The position numbers and the translations under genes are program-made. Of a stretch of DNA of 64,000 bases, positions 35,657-44,948 are shown piece by piece. This stretch comes from an uncultured Gammaproteobacteria bacterium (GTDB taxonomy: Bacteria; Patescibacteriota; Microgenomatia; UBA1406; HO2-37-13b): assembly GCA_964413645.1 (NCBI GenBank), contig CAYPSA010000006.1, forward strand, positions 6,123 to 70,122, read 5' to 3'. The notes beneath the pieces are model-generated. The model made no database searches and had not been told where the DNA came from. It worked only from the letters and a program-made list of their open reading frames with translations. Positions within the stretch are counted from its first letter, which is position 1; each line of letters begins with the position of its first letter.

Positions 35657-35683
35657 TTAGCACTATTCTATACCTTCTGCTAA
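35657..35683 (-). promoter_or_regulatory. CIRCE-like operator (9-9-9 architecture)
   Basis: The plus strand reads TTAGCACTA-TTCTATACC-TTCTGCTAA against the consensus TTAGCACTC-N9-GAGTGCTAA. One arm matches 8/9 and the other 6/9. Confidence 0.65.
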
Positions 35684-35856
35684 TGTTTGTCAAGAGGAAA
35701 TTTGTAGTAAAAACAAGCTTCCAGGTACCTGCTTTTTTTCAAGAGAAGCTCAACTCCCATTTAATTCACTACCATAATGTATGTATTGGTATTTATGAGT
35801 ACTGCATAGGTTACTTGTTGCATAAAATGCCCTGTTCCAGTATAATTTGATCAATT

Positions 35857-36279
35857 ATGGCAGATAAAAAGGTAAAAAAAACAACCGCTAAGGCTCCCGC
35901 CAAAGCTCCAAAAGTAGTTAAAGCTCCTAAGAAAGCTGTTGAAATAGCTGAAGAATTGGTCGAAACCGTTGCAAAGGAAACCAAAGTTCCTGCAGGTGCA
36001 AAATCTCCTGAATGGATTGCTGGTGCTTCCAAGCAAGACTTAATTGTTGAATTTGCTACTAAAGGTGGCGATACCGGATCCCCTGAAGTTCAAGTTGCAT
36101 TAGCTACCCATAAAATTTTGAATTTGACGATGCATTTGGAACAAAATCCAAAAGATAATCATTCACGACGAGGATTATTAAAAGTCATTTCTAAACGACG
36201 AAGAATTTTGAACTACTTAAACGAAAAAGATAATGCACGATACAAAGACTTGATCAAAAAAGTCAACCTTTCGAAATAA
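35857..36279 (+). CDS. rpsO: Ribosomal protein uS15 with a ~55-aa Lys/Ala/Pro-rich N-terminal extension
   Basis: The C-terminal ~85 aa ([11 protein letters not shown]...HSRRGLLK...RRRILNYL) form canonical S15. The only ATG upstream of that domain is at 35857, which has TATAAT 10 nt upstream. Confidence 0.85.
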   Translation: MADKKVKKTTAKAPAKAPKVVKAPKKAVEIAEELVETVAKETKVPAGAKSPEWIAGASKQDLIVEFATKGGDTGSPEVQVALATHKILNLTMHLEQNPKDNHSRRGLLKVISKRRRILNYLNEKDNARYKDLIKKVNLSK

Positions 36280-36329
36280 GCTTTATTATTAATTTACGAT
36301 CCAAGAGAAAGCTGAAGAAAAGAAATCGT

Positions 36330-36394
36330 GTGGAAGTTGAAATTTGAGAGCCATCCAACGCATGCTGGATTGAGTTCGAATCTCAATCTCCACA
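36330..36394 (+). ncRNA. tRNA-like element (acceptor stem plus canonical T-arm, no D-arm) in the rpsO-pnp spacer
   Basis: GTGGAAG...ATCCA-ACGCATGC-TGGAT-TGAG-TTCGAAT-CTCA-A-TCTCCAC-A. The T-loop TTCGAAT is canonical. The acceptor pairs at 5 Watson-Crick positions plus 1 GU out of 7. Confidence 0.35.
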
Positions 36395-36436
36395 TACTCT
36401 TCACAATTCTTATACGGTCTAGCTTACTACAATTAT

Positions 36437-38542
36437 ATGAACATGATTGAAGAATCAATCGTCATTGACGATAAAAAACTTACGTTACAATTTGGAAAAC
36501 TTGCCCAAGCGGTAGACTCATCAGTTTACGCTACACTCGGTGACACTGCAGTATTAGTTACTGTAGCTGTTGGTGCTGAAAACCCAAATATTGATTATTT
36601 TCCACTTTCAGTAGAATATGCTGAAAAACTGTATGCTGGTGGAGTAATTAAGGGCTCACGATGGGTAAAACGCGAAGGACGACCTTCGGATGAAGCTGTG
36701 TTGACCGGACGACTTATTGATCGTTCAATTCGTCCATTGTTTCCAAAAAATTACAAAAACCAAGTACAGGTTGTTATTACCTTACTTTCAGTCGATGGAG
36801 AAAACTCTCCTGAAATCCTTTCAGCAATTGCTGTTTCTGCTGCTTTGCATGTTTCAAGTGTTCCATGGGCCGGTCCTATTAGTACTATGCGAGTTGGATA
36901 CGTGCAATCAGCAATTGAAGGTGCTGATGCTGGGTTAATTTTGAATCCAACCGATTTAGAACAACAGCATTCAATTTTAGATCTTGTCGTCTCATCTACC
37001 AGCGATAAAGTACTTATGATCGAAACAGAAGCCAAGATGGTTTCTGAAAGTATTATTAAGCAGGGAATCGAGATGGCAAAAGCTGAAAACAAAAAAATCA
37101 TCGATTTTATTAGTGGATTAACTGCAAAAGTTGGAAAAGAAAAGCAAGTTACCAAAGAAGCTCCAACCTATGATGAGGTTATATCTCTCATAAAGAGCGA
37201 TTATGTAGATGTGCTTGATAAAGCTATTAAGAGCGCCGCAGTTACGGCAGGCTCTGATAGCGAATTGCTTAACGAGGTCGTAGACGCCATTTATGAAAAA
37301 TTAGAAGAAAAATACGACAAAAAGCAGATTCTTTCTGCAGTAACGTATTATAACTACGCGAATATTAAAGAAAATATCCTAACGAACAAAAAACGACCCG
37401 ATGGACGAGGGCTTGATGAAGTTCGATCAATCATGGTTGAGACATCATTGCTACCACGAACCCACGGTTCAGCATTGTTTCAACGTGGTCAAACTCAGGT
37501 TCTTTCAACTGTAACACTCGGATCATCAACACTCGAGCAAACAATTGAAGGTCCTGATGGTATGGAAACCAAACGATATATGCATCATTATTCCGATGGT
37601 CCTTACTCATATGGAACCGTTGGTCGTATGATGAGTCCAAGTCGACGAGCAATTGGGCACGGTGCTTTGGCTGAAAAAGCCTTGGAACCTGTATTACCTA
37701 GTGTCGACGAGTTTCCATATGCTATGCGAGTTGTTTCTGAAATCTTAGCCGAAAACGGATCGTCATCGATGGGATCTGTTTGTGGATCATCACTTGCGTT
37801 AATGGATGCTGGTGTAAAGATTAAAGAAGCAGTCGCTGGTGTTGCTATGGGAATTGTAACCAGATCTGATGATGATTATGCCATTTTAACTGACATTGTT
37901 GGTTTGGAAGACTTTTCAGGTGAAATGGATTTCAAGATCGCTGGAACAAAAACAGGAATCACTGCAATCCAACTTGATGTAAAGAATAAAGGATTGACTG
38001 AAAAAATGATAGATCAAATTCTTGATCAAGGTAAAGCGGCCCGATTACATATCCTTGAAAAAATGGAGAGTGTAATTAGTGCTCCAAAAGCTGATGTTTC
38101 ACCATTTGCTCCAAAAGTGATCGTATTGACCCCTCCGGAAGATAAGATCGGTGAAATTATCGGACCAGGTGGCAAGAATATTAAACGTGTTATTGCCCAA
38201 ACCCAAACTGAAATTAACATTACTGATGACGGTAAAGTAAGTATTTCAGGTGTTGACCGAAAAATGGTCGATATGGCAGCAGAACTCGTCCAAAATGTGT
38301 ATCGTCAAGTTCAACCTGGCGAAGAATTCGATGGCGAAGTGAAACGAATTTTACAATTCGGAGCATTCGTTGAATTCTTGCCTGGTAAAGAAGGATTGGT
38401 ACACGTTTCAAAAATGGGCCGAGGATTTGTGAAAGATCCGCACGATGTCGTTCAAATTGGCGACAAAGTACGGGTTAAAGTTGAACAAATCGACCAAATG
38501 GGACGCGTGAACTTGATCATGTTGCCTACCGATGCGCAATAA
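36437..38542 (+). CDS. pnp: Polyribonucleotide nucleotidyltransferase (PNPase)
   Basis: Two RNase PH domains, then KH (GPGGKNIKRV) and S1 (GEVKRILQFGAFVEF) domains. The start could instead be ATG 36443. Confidence 0.95.
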   Translation: MNMIEESIVIDDKKLTLQFGKLAQAVDSSVYATLGDTAVLVTVAVGAENPNIDYFPLSVEYAEKLYAGGVIKGSRWVKREGRPSDEAVLTGRLIDRSIRPLFPKNYKNQVQVVITLLSVDGENSPEILSAIAVSAALHVSSVPWAGPISTMRVGYVQSAIEGADAGLILNPTDLEQQHSILDLVVSSTSDKVLMIETEAKMVSESIIKQGIEMAKAENKKIIDFISGLTAKVGKEKQVTKEAPTYDEVISLIKSDYVDVLDKAIKSAAVTAGSDSELLNEVVDAIYEKLEEKYDKKQILSAVTYYNYANIKENILTNKKRPDGRGLDEVRSIMVETSLLPRTHGSALFQRGQTQVLSTVTLGSSTLEQTIEGPDGMETKRYMHHYSDGPYSYGTVGRMMSPSRRAIGHGALAEKALEPVLPSVDEFPYAMRVVSEILAENGSSSMGSVCGSSLALMDAGVKIKEAVAGVAMGIVTRSDDDYAILTDIVGLEDFSGEMDFKIAGTKTGITAIQLDVKNKGLTEKMIDQILDQGKAARLHILEKMESVISAPKADVSPFAPKVIVLTPPEDKIGEIIGPGGKNIKRVIAQTQTEINITDDGKVSISGVDRKMVDMAAELVQNVYRQVQPGEEFDGEVKRILQFGAFVEFLPGKEGLVHVSKMGRGFVKDPHDVVQIGDKVRVKVEQIDQMGRVNLIMLPTDAQ

Positions 38543-38550
38543 GAATTGCT

Positions 38551-38580
38551 TTGACATGTGAGCCGTATATAGCGTACAAT
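38551..38580 (+). promoter_or_regulatory. Sigma-70-type promoter of ftsK (TTGACA-18 nt-TACAAT)
   Basis: TTGACA at 38551-38556 and TACAAT at 38575-38580. ATG 38592 lies 11 nt downstream, and the TTG 38586 used by the track lies 5 nt downstream. Confidence 0.6.
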
Positions 38581-38591
38581 GATGCTTGTAT

Positions 38592-40703
38592 ATGGCTCGC
38601 ACAAAGAAATTTTTTAAAATTCGCTTACCCTTTTTAAAGCTAAAAATTAATCAGCGGACGTTTTTTACGATTCTTGGATTAATTACAGTGGGCGTATCAC
38701 TTCTTTTATTTCTCTCATTCCTGCAACAGGGAAGCGTTCTTATTGAGATTAATAATCGCTTAGCAACCCAATTTGGCTTTGTGTCTTTATTTGTGCCTGT
38801 GTTAATTCTTCTTTTTGGATCGCATTTTTTTAATTCTAAAAAACTGAAAATAGTGAAGTTCAACCTGTCGATTGGCCTTTTACTACTGTTTATTGCAGTG
38901 CTTGGACTTCTCCGATCCGGAGAATTTGGCAAACTTGTTTTTAACAATCTCGTAGAAGATTTTTCCATGTTTGGCGCACTAATAATCCTTCTGACAACAT
39001 TTATTGTGGGGCTCATTGTTTTCTTAAACACGTCTATTGACTCATTGCTCGCATTTGTAGTCGGTATGATTAAAAATGCGTTTTCAGGTGTAGGTGAAGT
39101 GGCAGGGTCTTTTTCGAAGCGTACTGCTGAATCACGCAATGATAATGATCAGAATTTTATTCAAGATAAGAAAAAGTTACCTTTGGTTATTCCTACCCAT
39201 GCAACGGTAGCGAGTCAGGGTGAAGTTTCTATGAAGCCACTTTCAAAGTCGCAAGCTCCGTGGGTTTTTCCTCCTCTTGCTTTGCTTTCTGATATTACAC
39301 AAACCGAAGCTGATCGAGGTGATGTAAAAAAGAACTCGGAAACGATTGAACAAACACTCGATAGTTTTGGTATTCGGGCTAGGGTAGTTGAGATTAATAA
39401 GGGGCCAACTGTAACACAATATGCGCTTGAGATCGTGATGGGAACGAAATTGTCAAAGATCACTGCACTTTCAAACGACTTGGCTTTAGCAATTGCCGCA
39501 ACGACAGGACAAGTCCGTATTGAAGCGCCGATCCCTGGTAGATCACTCGTAGGTATTGAAATTCCAAATAAAAAAGGTGAGGTTGTCGCATTAAAGCGCA
39601 TGCTCTCTGTTGACGTAATGACAAAAAATCCAAATCCACTCCTTGTTCCGTTGGGACTTGATGTTTCAGGAATTCCTCAGGTAGCTGATGTCGGAAAAAT
39701 GCCTCATGTGCTTATTGCGGGTACGACTGGAGCCGGAAAGTCGGTTATTTTGAATGCGTGGATTTGTGCATTCTTATTCCGAACAAAACCTGAAGATTTG
39801 CGACTCATTTTAGTTGATCCAAAACGTGTGGAGCTAGGTCTTTATAACGGAATTCCACATTTAATGACCGAAGTTATTGTGGAGCCTGAAAAAATTATTT
39901 CAGCACTAAAATGGACCGTCGCAGAAATGGAAAATCGATATAAAAAATTTGCAACAGTTGGAGCTCGAAATATTGAAGGGTATAACTCCTTACCTGACGT
40001 GGAGAAATATCCATACATTGTATTCATAATCGATGAGCTTGCCGATCTTATGATGTTTGCAGCTCGTGATGCTGAAGAGTTGATAACTCGAATTGCTCAA
40101 ATGGCTCGCGCAACGGGAATTCATTTGATTTTGGCCACGCAGCGACCGTCGGTTGATGTTATTACCGGGCTTATGAAAGCTAACATTCCTTCTCGAATTG
40201 CGTTTAACGTAGCGAGCATGATTGATTCACGAGTTGTTTTGGATACTCCAGGCGCAGAAAAACTTTTAGGAAAAGGAGACATGCTCTTTTTACCTCCTGA
40301 TCAAGCAAAACCTCGACGAATTCAAAGTCCATTCCTTTCAGAAAAAGATGCTGCCGCTGTGGTAGCGTTCATAAAGAAGAATGCCCCAGCCGTTCACTAT
40401 ACGGAAGAAGTAGTGAGTCAGGAAGTGGCTGTGCGTGGTCAAGGAGGTCGTTCGGTCGGTGGGGGAGGTGAGGGTAAGGATCCACTCTTTGGACAGGCTA
40501 TAGAGGTTGTGAGCTCGTTTGGGAAGGCATCGTCATCACTCCTACAGCGTAAACTCTCGGTAGGCTACGCGCGAGCTGCTAAACTCCTTGATCAGCTTGA
40601 AGAAGCGGGATTTGTGAGTGCCGCAGAAGGTTCAAAGCCTCGTGAGGTACTACGACGACAAAGTGCAGTGGATGGTGGAGTTGAACCCGATGCGGTGAGT
40701 TAA
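38592..40703 (+). CDS. ftsK: DNA translocase FtsK/SpoIIIE
   Basis: N-terminal TM helices, Walker A GTTGAGKS, Walker B IIDELADLM, and the gamma wHTH LLQRKLSVGYARAAKLLDQLEEAGFV. Confidence 0.9.
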   Translation: MARTKKFFKIRLPFLKLKINQRTFFTILGLITVGVSLLLFLSFLQQGSVLIEINNRLATQFGFVSLFVPVLILLFGSHFFNSKKLKIVKFNLSIGLLLLFIAVLGLLRSGEFGKLVFNNLVEDFSMFGALIILLTTFIVGLIVFLNTSIDSLLAFVVGMIKNAFSGVGEVAGSFSKRTAESRNDNDQNFIQDKKKLPLVIPTHATVASQGEVSMKPLSKSQAPWVFPPLALLSDITQTEADRGDVKKNSETIEQTLDSFGIRARVVEINKGPTVTQYALEIVMGTKLSKITALSNDLALAIAATTGQVRIEAPIPGRSLVGIEIPNKKGEVVALKRMLSVDVMTKNPNPLLVPLGLDVSGIPQVADVGKMPHVLIAGTTGAGKSVILNAWICAFLFRTKPEDLRLILVDPKRVELGLYNGIPHLMTEVIVEPEKIISALKWTVAEMENRYKKFATVGARNIEGYNSLPDVEKYPYIVFIIDELADLMMFAARDAEELITRIAQMARATGIHLILATQRPSVDVITGLMKANIPSRIAFNVASMIDSRVVLDTPGAEKLLGKGDMLFLPPDQAKPRRIQSPFLSEKDAAAVVAFIKKNAPAVHYTEEVVSQEVAVRGQGGRSVGGGGEGKDPLFGQAIEVVSSFGKASSSLLQRKLSVGYARAAKLLDQLEEAGFVSAAEGSKPREVLRRQSAVDGGVEPDAVS

Positions 40704-41671
40704 TTCAAATACTTTTCAATATTTTTATTATGTTCTTCAAGCGTTCGTCCGTAATGCATGGTTGATCCGTCACGTGATGAAATATAGAACCAATATGGTG
40801 TGTTAGGATCAGCCTGCAATACCGCATTGATAGAATCTAGTCCAGGATTACAGATTGCAGTAGGTGGAAGCCCTTTATTTTTATATGTATTGTAAGGTGA
40901 GGCTGCGCTTAAGTCGCTGTTGACGACTACTTTTTTCCACCACGTTTTTTTAATAGGGTCATATCCAAGTGCGTATTGAACTGTCGCATCAAGTTCTAGT
41001 GGCCAATCACGTTTATATCGTTTCAGAATAATCGATGCTACTTTTACTTTATTTTCAAAGCTACGAGCTTCTTTTTCAACTAATGAAGCTAGAATTATGA
41101 CTTCTTCATCGGTCAACCCTTTTTGCGCAGCAATACTTTGCATATCGGGAGTGTATTTTTTATTGAAATTGTTTTGCAAAATTGAAAGCACCGTTTCAGA
41201 CGTGGATTGTTTAGGAATCAGGTAAGTATCGGGAAACAGATATCCTTCTTGCGCCATTTGACTAAATTCTTCTTGATCAATACCTACTTTTTCATTCAAT
41301 ATCTGAGCAATCTCTTCTTTTCGCAATCCTTCAATAATTGTGACCCATTGATCTAAACTTCCTTTAGTTAGCGATTGAGCAATTTGAGGGGCAGACATTG
41401 ATGGGCTTAATCTAAAGTCGCCTGCTTGGATTTTGTTTTCAAGGCCTTTTAGGCGTACTACAAAATAGAAAACTAATTTGCTTCGAATTAAATTCTCTTT
41501 GTGCAGATCCGCAGCAATTTGATTTACTCCAGAACCTGGTTCGATTACAAATATTTTTGTTGTGTCGTCTGAGTTATCTACAGGTAAGCTACCTTCCTTA
41601 TATACCAAAAACGCAGTGAGTCCGACAATGAGAAGAACAGAAAATAAAATGTACCTTTTTTTTAATTTCAT
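40700..41671 (-). CDS. mltG: Endolytic murein transglycosylase MltG (YceG-like)
   Basis: N-terminal TM helix and LASLVEKEA...PYNTY motifs. Confidence 0.85.
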   Translation of the reverse strand: MKLKKRYILFSVLLIVGLTAFLVYKEGSLPVDNSDDTTKIFVIEPGSGVNQIAADLHKENLIRSKLVFYFVVRLKGLENKIQAGDFRLSPSMSAPQIAQSLTKGSLDQWVTIIEGLRKEEIAQILNEKVGIDQEEFSQMAQEGYLFPDTYLIPKQSTSETVLSILQNNFNKKYTPDMQSIAAQKGLTDEEVIILASLVEKEARSFENKVKVASIILKRYKRDWPLELDATVQYALGYDPIKKTWWKKVVVNSDLSAASPYNTYKNKGLPPTAICNPGLDSINAVLQADPNTPYWFYISSRDGSTMHYGRTLEEHNKNIEKYLN

Positions 41672-41699
41672 TTGATAATACGTATTATACTAAACTCTC

Positions 41700-42959
41700 T
41701 TACTCTATAGTATACACTGGAATATGTTTATACGTATCCAGTGCTTCTTTCAATCGGTACTTTTCAGTTGAATGGAATTCCAGTAGCGGCTCACCTTTAT
41801 CGATCATTTCATCAATTCGTTTTAGTAAATATACTCCAGCTTTCTTATCAACAGGCGCCCCAAGTACCTTAGCTAGCGTATTCAAGTTGATATTATTTAC
41901 TTCGGTAATTTTTCCTTTTTTGGGTGATTCGATATGCGCGATATGTGAAGCAAGTCTCAGGGAACGCGATGAAACGTGTTCGTTTCCATCTTGTGCTTTA
42001 ATTATTTCCTTAAACTTTTCCAGTGCTTTTCCAGATTGTAGAATATTGCGTGCTTCTTCTTCACCCTGCTTGTCAATTTTAGCTTTTTTAAAACAGCTAT
42101 CAAGTAATTTACCAGCCAATCGCAGAGCTTTTTCTTCAAGTTTTAGCGGGCGCTGAGGGTCTTGTTCAAGCACGCGTAGCACATCACGCGCCTCAAGGAT
42201 TGGCCCTACTCCTCGCCCAGCCGGTTCATGAGTTTCATTAATATCTACTATAATCTCAATATCGAATCGCTTTGCAAGACGTTTAAATTTAGTTGCAACT
42301 TTTTCTGCATCTTCAAAATTGTGAACTTTCATGGTTGGTCCAACTGGAATATCTAAAATTAAATGATTGGCTGAGACTGCAATTTTTTTGGCCATAATTG
42401 AGATTATGACTTTATCGTATGATTCAAAATTAAGCGGTTCTTCGATTTTAATGATAATATCGTCAGCAGGAGCAATGCCCATGTCACCATTCCATACAAT
42501 GCATCCCCCAACTTTTTCTACAATATGGTGAACTTTATCTACGGTTAAAGTAACATCGGCAAGTGTTTCCATAGTGTCAGCAGTCCCAGAAGGGGAAGTG
42601 ATTGCTCGTGAAGATAATTTTGGAATTTTAAAACCGGCCGCAGCAATAATTGGAACCACAAGCATGGTTGTTCGTGTTCCTGAAATTCCACCAATACAAT
42701 GTTTGTCTGCAACGATGCCGGTGAATTTTATTTTTTTTCCAGTTTCAACCATGGCTTTGGTTAGGAAATATAGCTCTTCATCTGAAAATCCTTCTCTAAA
42801 CGAAGAGGCGACGAAATAGGTGGTTAAAACATCACTCATGTGATGATGTGAAATTTCATCCATTAAATTAAAAATCTCGGAGTACGTGATTTTTTTACCA
42901 AGGAGTTGTTTTTGAATTGTCTCAATAGCATCTCTGGTCTTTTGATCGTGGTTTTGCAT
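41700..42959 (-). CDS. Thymidine/AMP phosphorylase-family enzyme
   Basis: DKHCIGGISGTRTT phosphate-binding loop, helical-bundle N-domain and C-terminal PYNP-type domain. ATG 42959 (MQNHDQ) is preferred over the track start. Confidence 0.75.
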   Translation of the reverse strand: MQNHDQKTRDAIETIQKQLLGKKITYSEIFNLMDEISHHHMSDVLTTYFVASSFREGFSDEELYFLTKAMVETGKKIKFTGIVADKHCIGGISGTRTTMLVVPIIAAAGFKIPKLSSRAITSPSGTADTMETLADVTLTVDKVHHIVEKVGGCIVWNGDMGIAPADDIIIKIEEPLNFESYDKVIISIMAKKIAVSANHLILDIPVGPTMKVHNFEDAEKVATKFKRLAKRFDIEIIVDINETHEPAGRGVGPILEARDVLRVLEQDPQRPLKLEEKALRLAGKLLDSCFKKAKIDKQGEEEARNILQSGKALEKFKEIIKAQDGNEHVSSRSLRLASHIAHIESPKKGKITEVNNINLNTLAKVLGAPVDKKAGVYLLKRIDEMIDKGEPLLEFHSTEKYRLKEALDTYKHIPVYTIE

Positions 42960-42963
42960 AGTA

Positions 42964-44592
42964 TTAGCGAGCGTCGGTGTACATTTCACCAAGCATTTTT
43001 CTAAAAGCCCGCATTTTGATAAGCAGGTTTCCTAAAAAGTACATTTCTTCGATATTCAATAGCCAACAAATAAAGAAGTACAGAGAAGTATAAAGCATGC
43101 CGGTAGATATAAGCAAGATTAACAGGTTTATTGTGCGCGATGTATCAATAATAAGACCATCAAGAAGTTTCATAATAGGAAATGTGATTGCTGCACATGC
43201 AAGTGCCACAAGGTAGATTTTGCTGGTATTCGTAATAAGTTTAATCACATCAAATCCTCGTATTTCTTTGTGGAATGAATAAAGAAGCAAAGCGATATTG
43301 ATAATAATAGTAATAGAAAACGATAGTCCTAGATACCATATAGGCAGTTTTAATTGAATAATAAAAAATGCACTGAGCAGTGAATTTAGGAGCGTTGCGG
43401 CGAAATTAATTTTAAATGGTGTTTTTGTATTGTGTATGGCATAAAACGAACGAGTAATGAAATAAAATACTGTATGAAATGGAATTGTTACTGCAAAATA
43501 AGATAAAACTCGCGCTGTTTGAACGGTACCTTCCCAATCAAACATTTGTCCTCCAACAAAGAATCGAACAATTGGCGTTCTTGCAAATACAAAAAATAAT
43601 GAAAGAGGAATAGACAAAAAGAAAAGCTGTAAAATTGAGTTCACAAATATTTTTCTAATTTCATCAATACGATCTTCTTTGAACAAGTCACTTAAATAGG
43701 GAAGCGAAGCCTGTCCATAAGCTAGCCCAAGAAATGTAACGGGAGCAAACTGGATCCGTTGAGCAAACAAATAAATAGTAATACCCGTAGGTCCAAATAG
43801 TGAAGCAAGCGCGAAATCAATTGTAAATTCAATTTGAGTCGTTAGAACTGACAGAAAACGGGGGGTAAAAATGGTTACGAACTCACGTAATACATTTCGT
43901 TTAAATGAAAGAAGTGCATATTTGAATTTAACAATAAACATTACCGGTAGCTGTGTTAATAGAAATAAGAGACTTCCGATAACTGCTCCCGCTATAGGAG
44001 CGTAAACTCCCAATGAATCATGTAGAAATATGGTTCCCAGGATAATGCCGATGTTATATAAAACTGGAGCAACCGCAGAAACAAAAAAGATCTTGTTTGC
44101 TTGTGCAATTCCAGAAACCATATTTCCAATAACTAAAAAAGGCAATTGGCATAACACAAGTATTTGGGTAAATATTACTACTTGAGCTTGTTTTGAGCTG
44201 TCGAACCCTGGAGTAACAATTTGGACAAGGTATGGGGCGGTAATGGTTATTACAACAATCAAAACCAAAAGAGTAATTGAAATGAAGTTGATTATTGTGG
44301 AAATATTTTCAGAAAGCTTACCATCATCGTTACGATATTTACTGTATAACGGTATTAGGGCACTACTTAGCGCGCCAGTAATAAGAATTTCAAAAGTAAA
44401 GTCGGGAATACGAAATGCGGCAAGAAATATTCCCAATTCTTCGGTTGGAAAGAAAGTTGCAAAGGTATGGAGTCGTACAAATCCAAAGACTGCTGAGAGT
44501 AACGTCATAAGTGAAATGATAATTGCGCCCGAAAGAATATCCTTTTGTTTATGAAAAATGATCTTTTTTGTATTATTTAGCAGTGTATCCAT
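42964..44592 (-). CDS. murJ: Lipid II flippase MurJ
   Basis: About 14 TM helices in a MviN/MurJ-like pattern. ATG 44592 (MDTLLNN) has TATACT 10 nt upstream. The track start 44622 is a GTG. Confidence 0.8.
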   Translation of the reverse strand: MDTLLNNTKKIIFHKQKDILSGAIIISLMTLLSAVFGFVRLHTFATFFPTEELGIFLAAFRIPDFTFEILITGALSSALIPLYSKYRNDDGKLSENISTIINFISITLLVLIVVITITAPYLVQIVTPGFDSSKQAQVVIFTQILVLCQLPFLVIGNMVSGIAQANKIFFVSAVAPVLYNIGIILGTIFLHDSLGVYAPIAGAVIGSLLFLLTQLPVMFIVKFKYALLSFKRNVLREFVTIFTPRFLSVLTTQIEFTIDFALASLFGPTGITIYLFAQRIQFAPVTFLGLAYGQASLPYLSDLFKEDRIDEIRKIFVNSILQLFFLSIPLSLFFVFARTPIVRFFVGGQMFDWEGTVQTARVLSYFAVTIPFHTVFYFITRSFYAIHNTKTPFKINFAATLLNSLLSAFFIIQLKLPIWYLGLSFSITIIINIALLLYSFHKEIRGFDVIKLITNTSKIYLVALACAAITFPIMKLLDGLIIDTSRTINLLILLISTGMLYTSLYFFICWLLNIEEMYFLGNLLIKMRAFRKMLGEMYTDAR

Positions 44593-44678
44593 AACCAATT
44601 CCAGTATACCAGAGTGAGCCACAGTCTGATATACTCAACTTGTATATTTGTTAGTAATTATTTACACTGTAAAAGGAG

Positions 44679-44948
44679 GTGAACCGTATGCCAATTATCA
44701 AATCAGCCAAAAAAAAATTAAAGCAAGACAAAAAACGAACTGCAGAAAATCTTACGTACAAGAAGAAGTATAAGCTTGCCGTAAAAATCGCTAAAAAGAG
44801 CGTCGCAGCAAAAGGAGCAAAAACGATGAGCTTAGTTTCTAAAGCAATTTCATTGATCGACAAAGCCGCCAAAAAAGGGGTTATGCATAAGAACAAAGCC
44901 GCTCGATTAAAATCCCGAGTTACGAAATCTGCTAATAAGAAAAAATGA
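44679..44948 (+). CDS. rpsT: Ribosomal protein bS20
   Basis: MPIIKSAKKKLKQDKKRT... is canonical S20. A strong Shine-Dalgarno (AAGGAGGTGA) lies upstream. The antisense ORF 44651..44956 is spurious. Confidence 0.9.
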   Translation: MNRMPIIKSAKKKLKQDKKRTAENLTYKKKYKLAVKIAKKSVAAKGAKTMSLVSKAISLIDKAAKKGVMHKNKAARLKSRVTKSANKKK

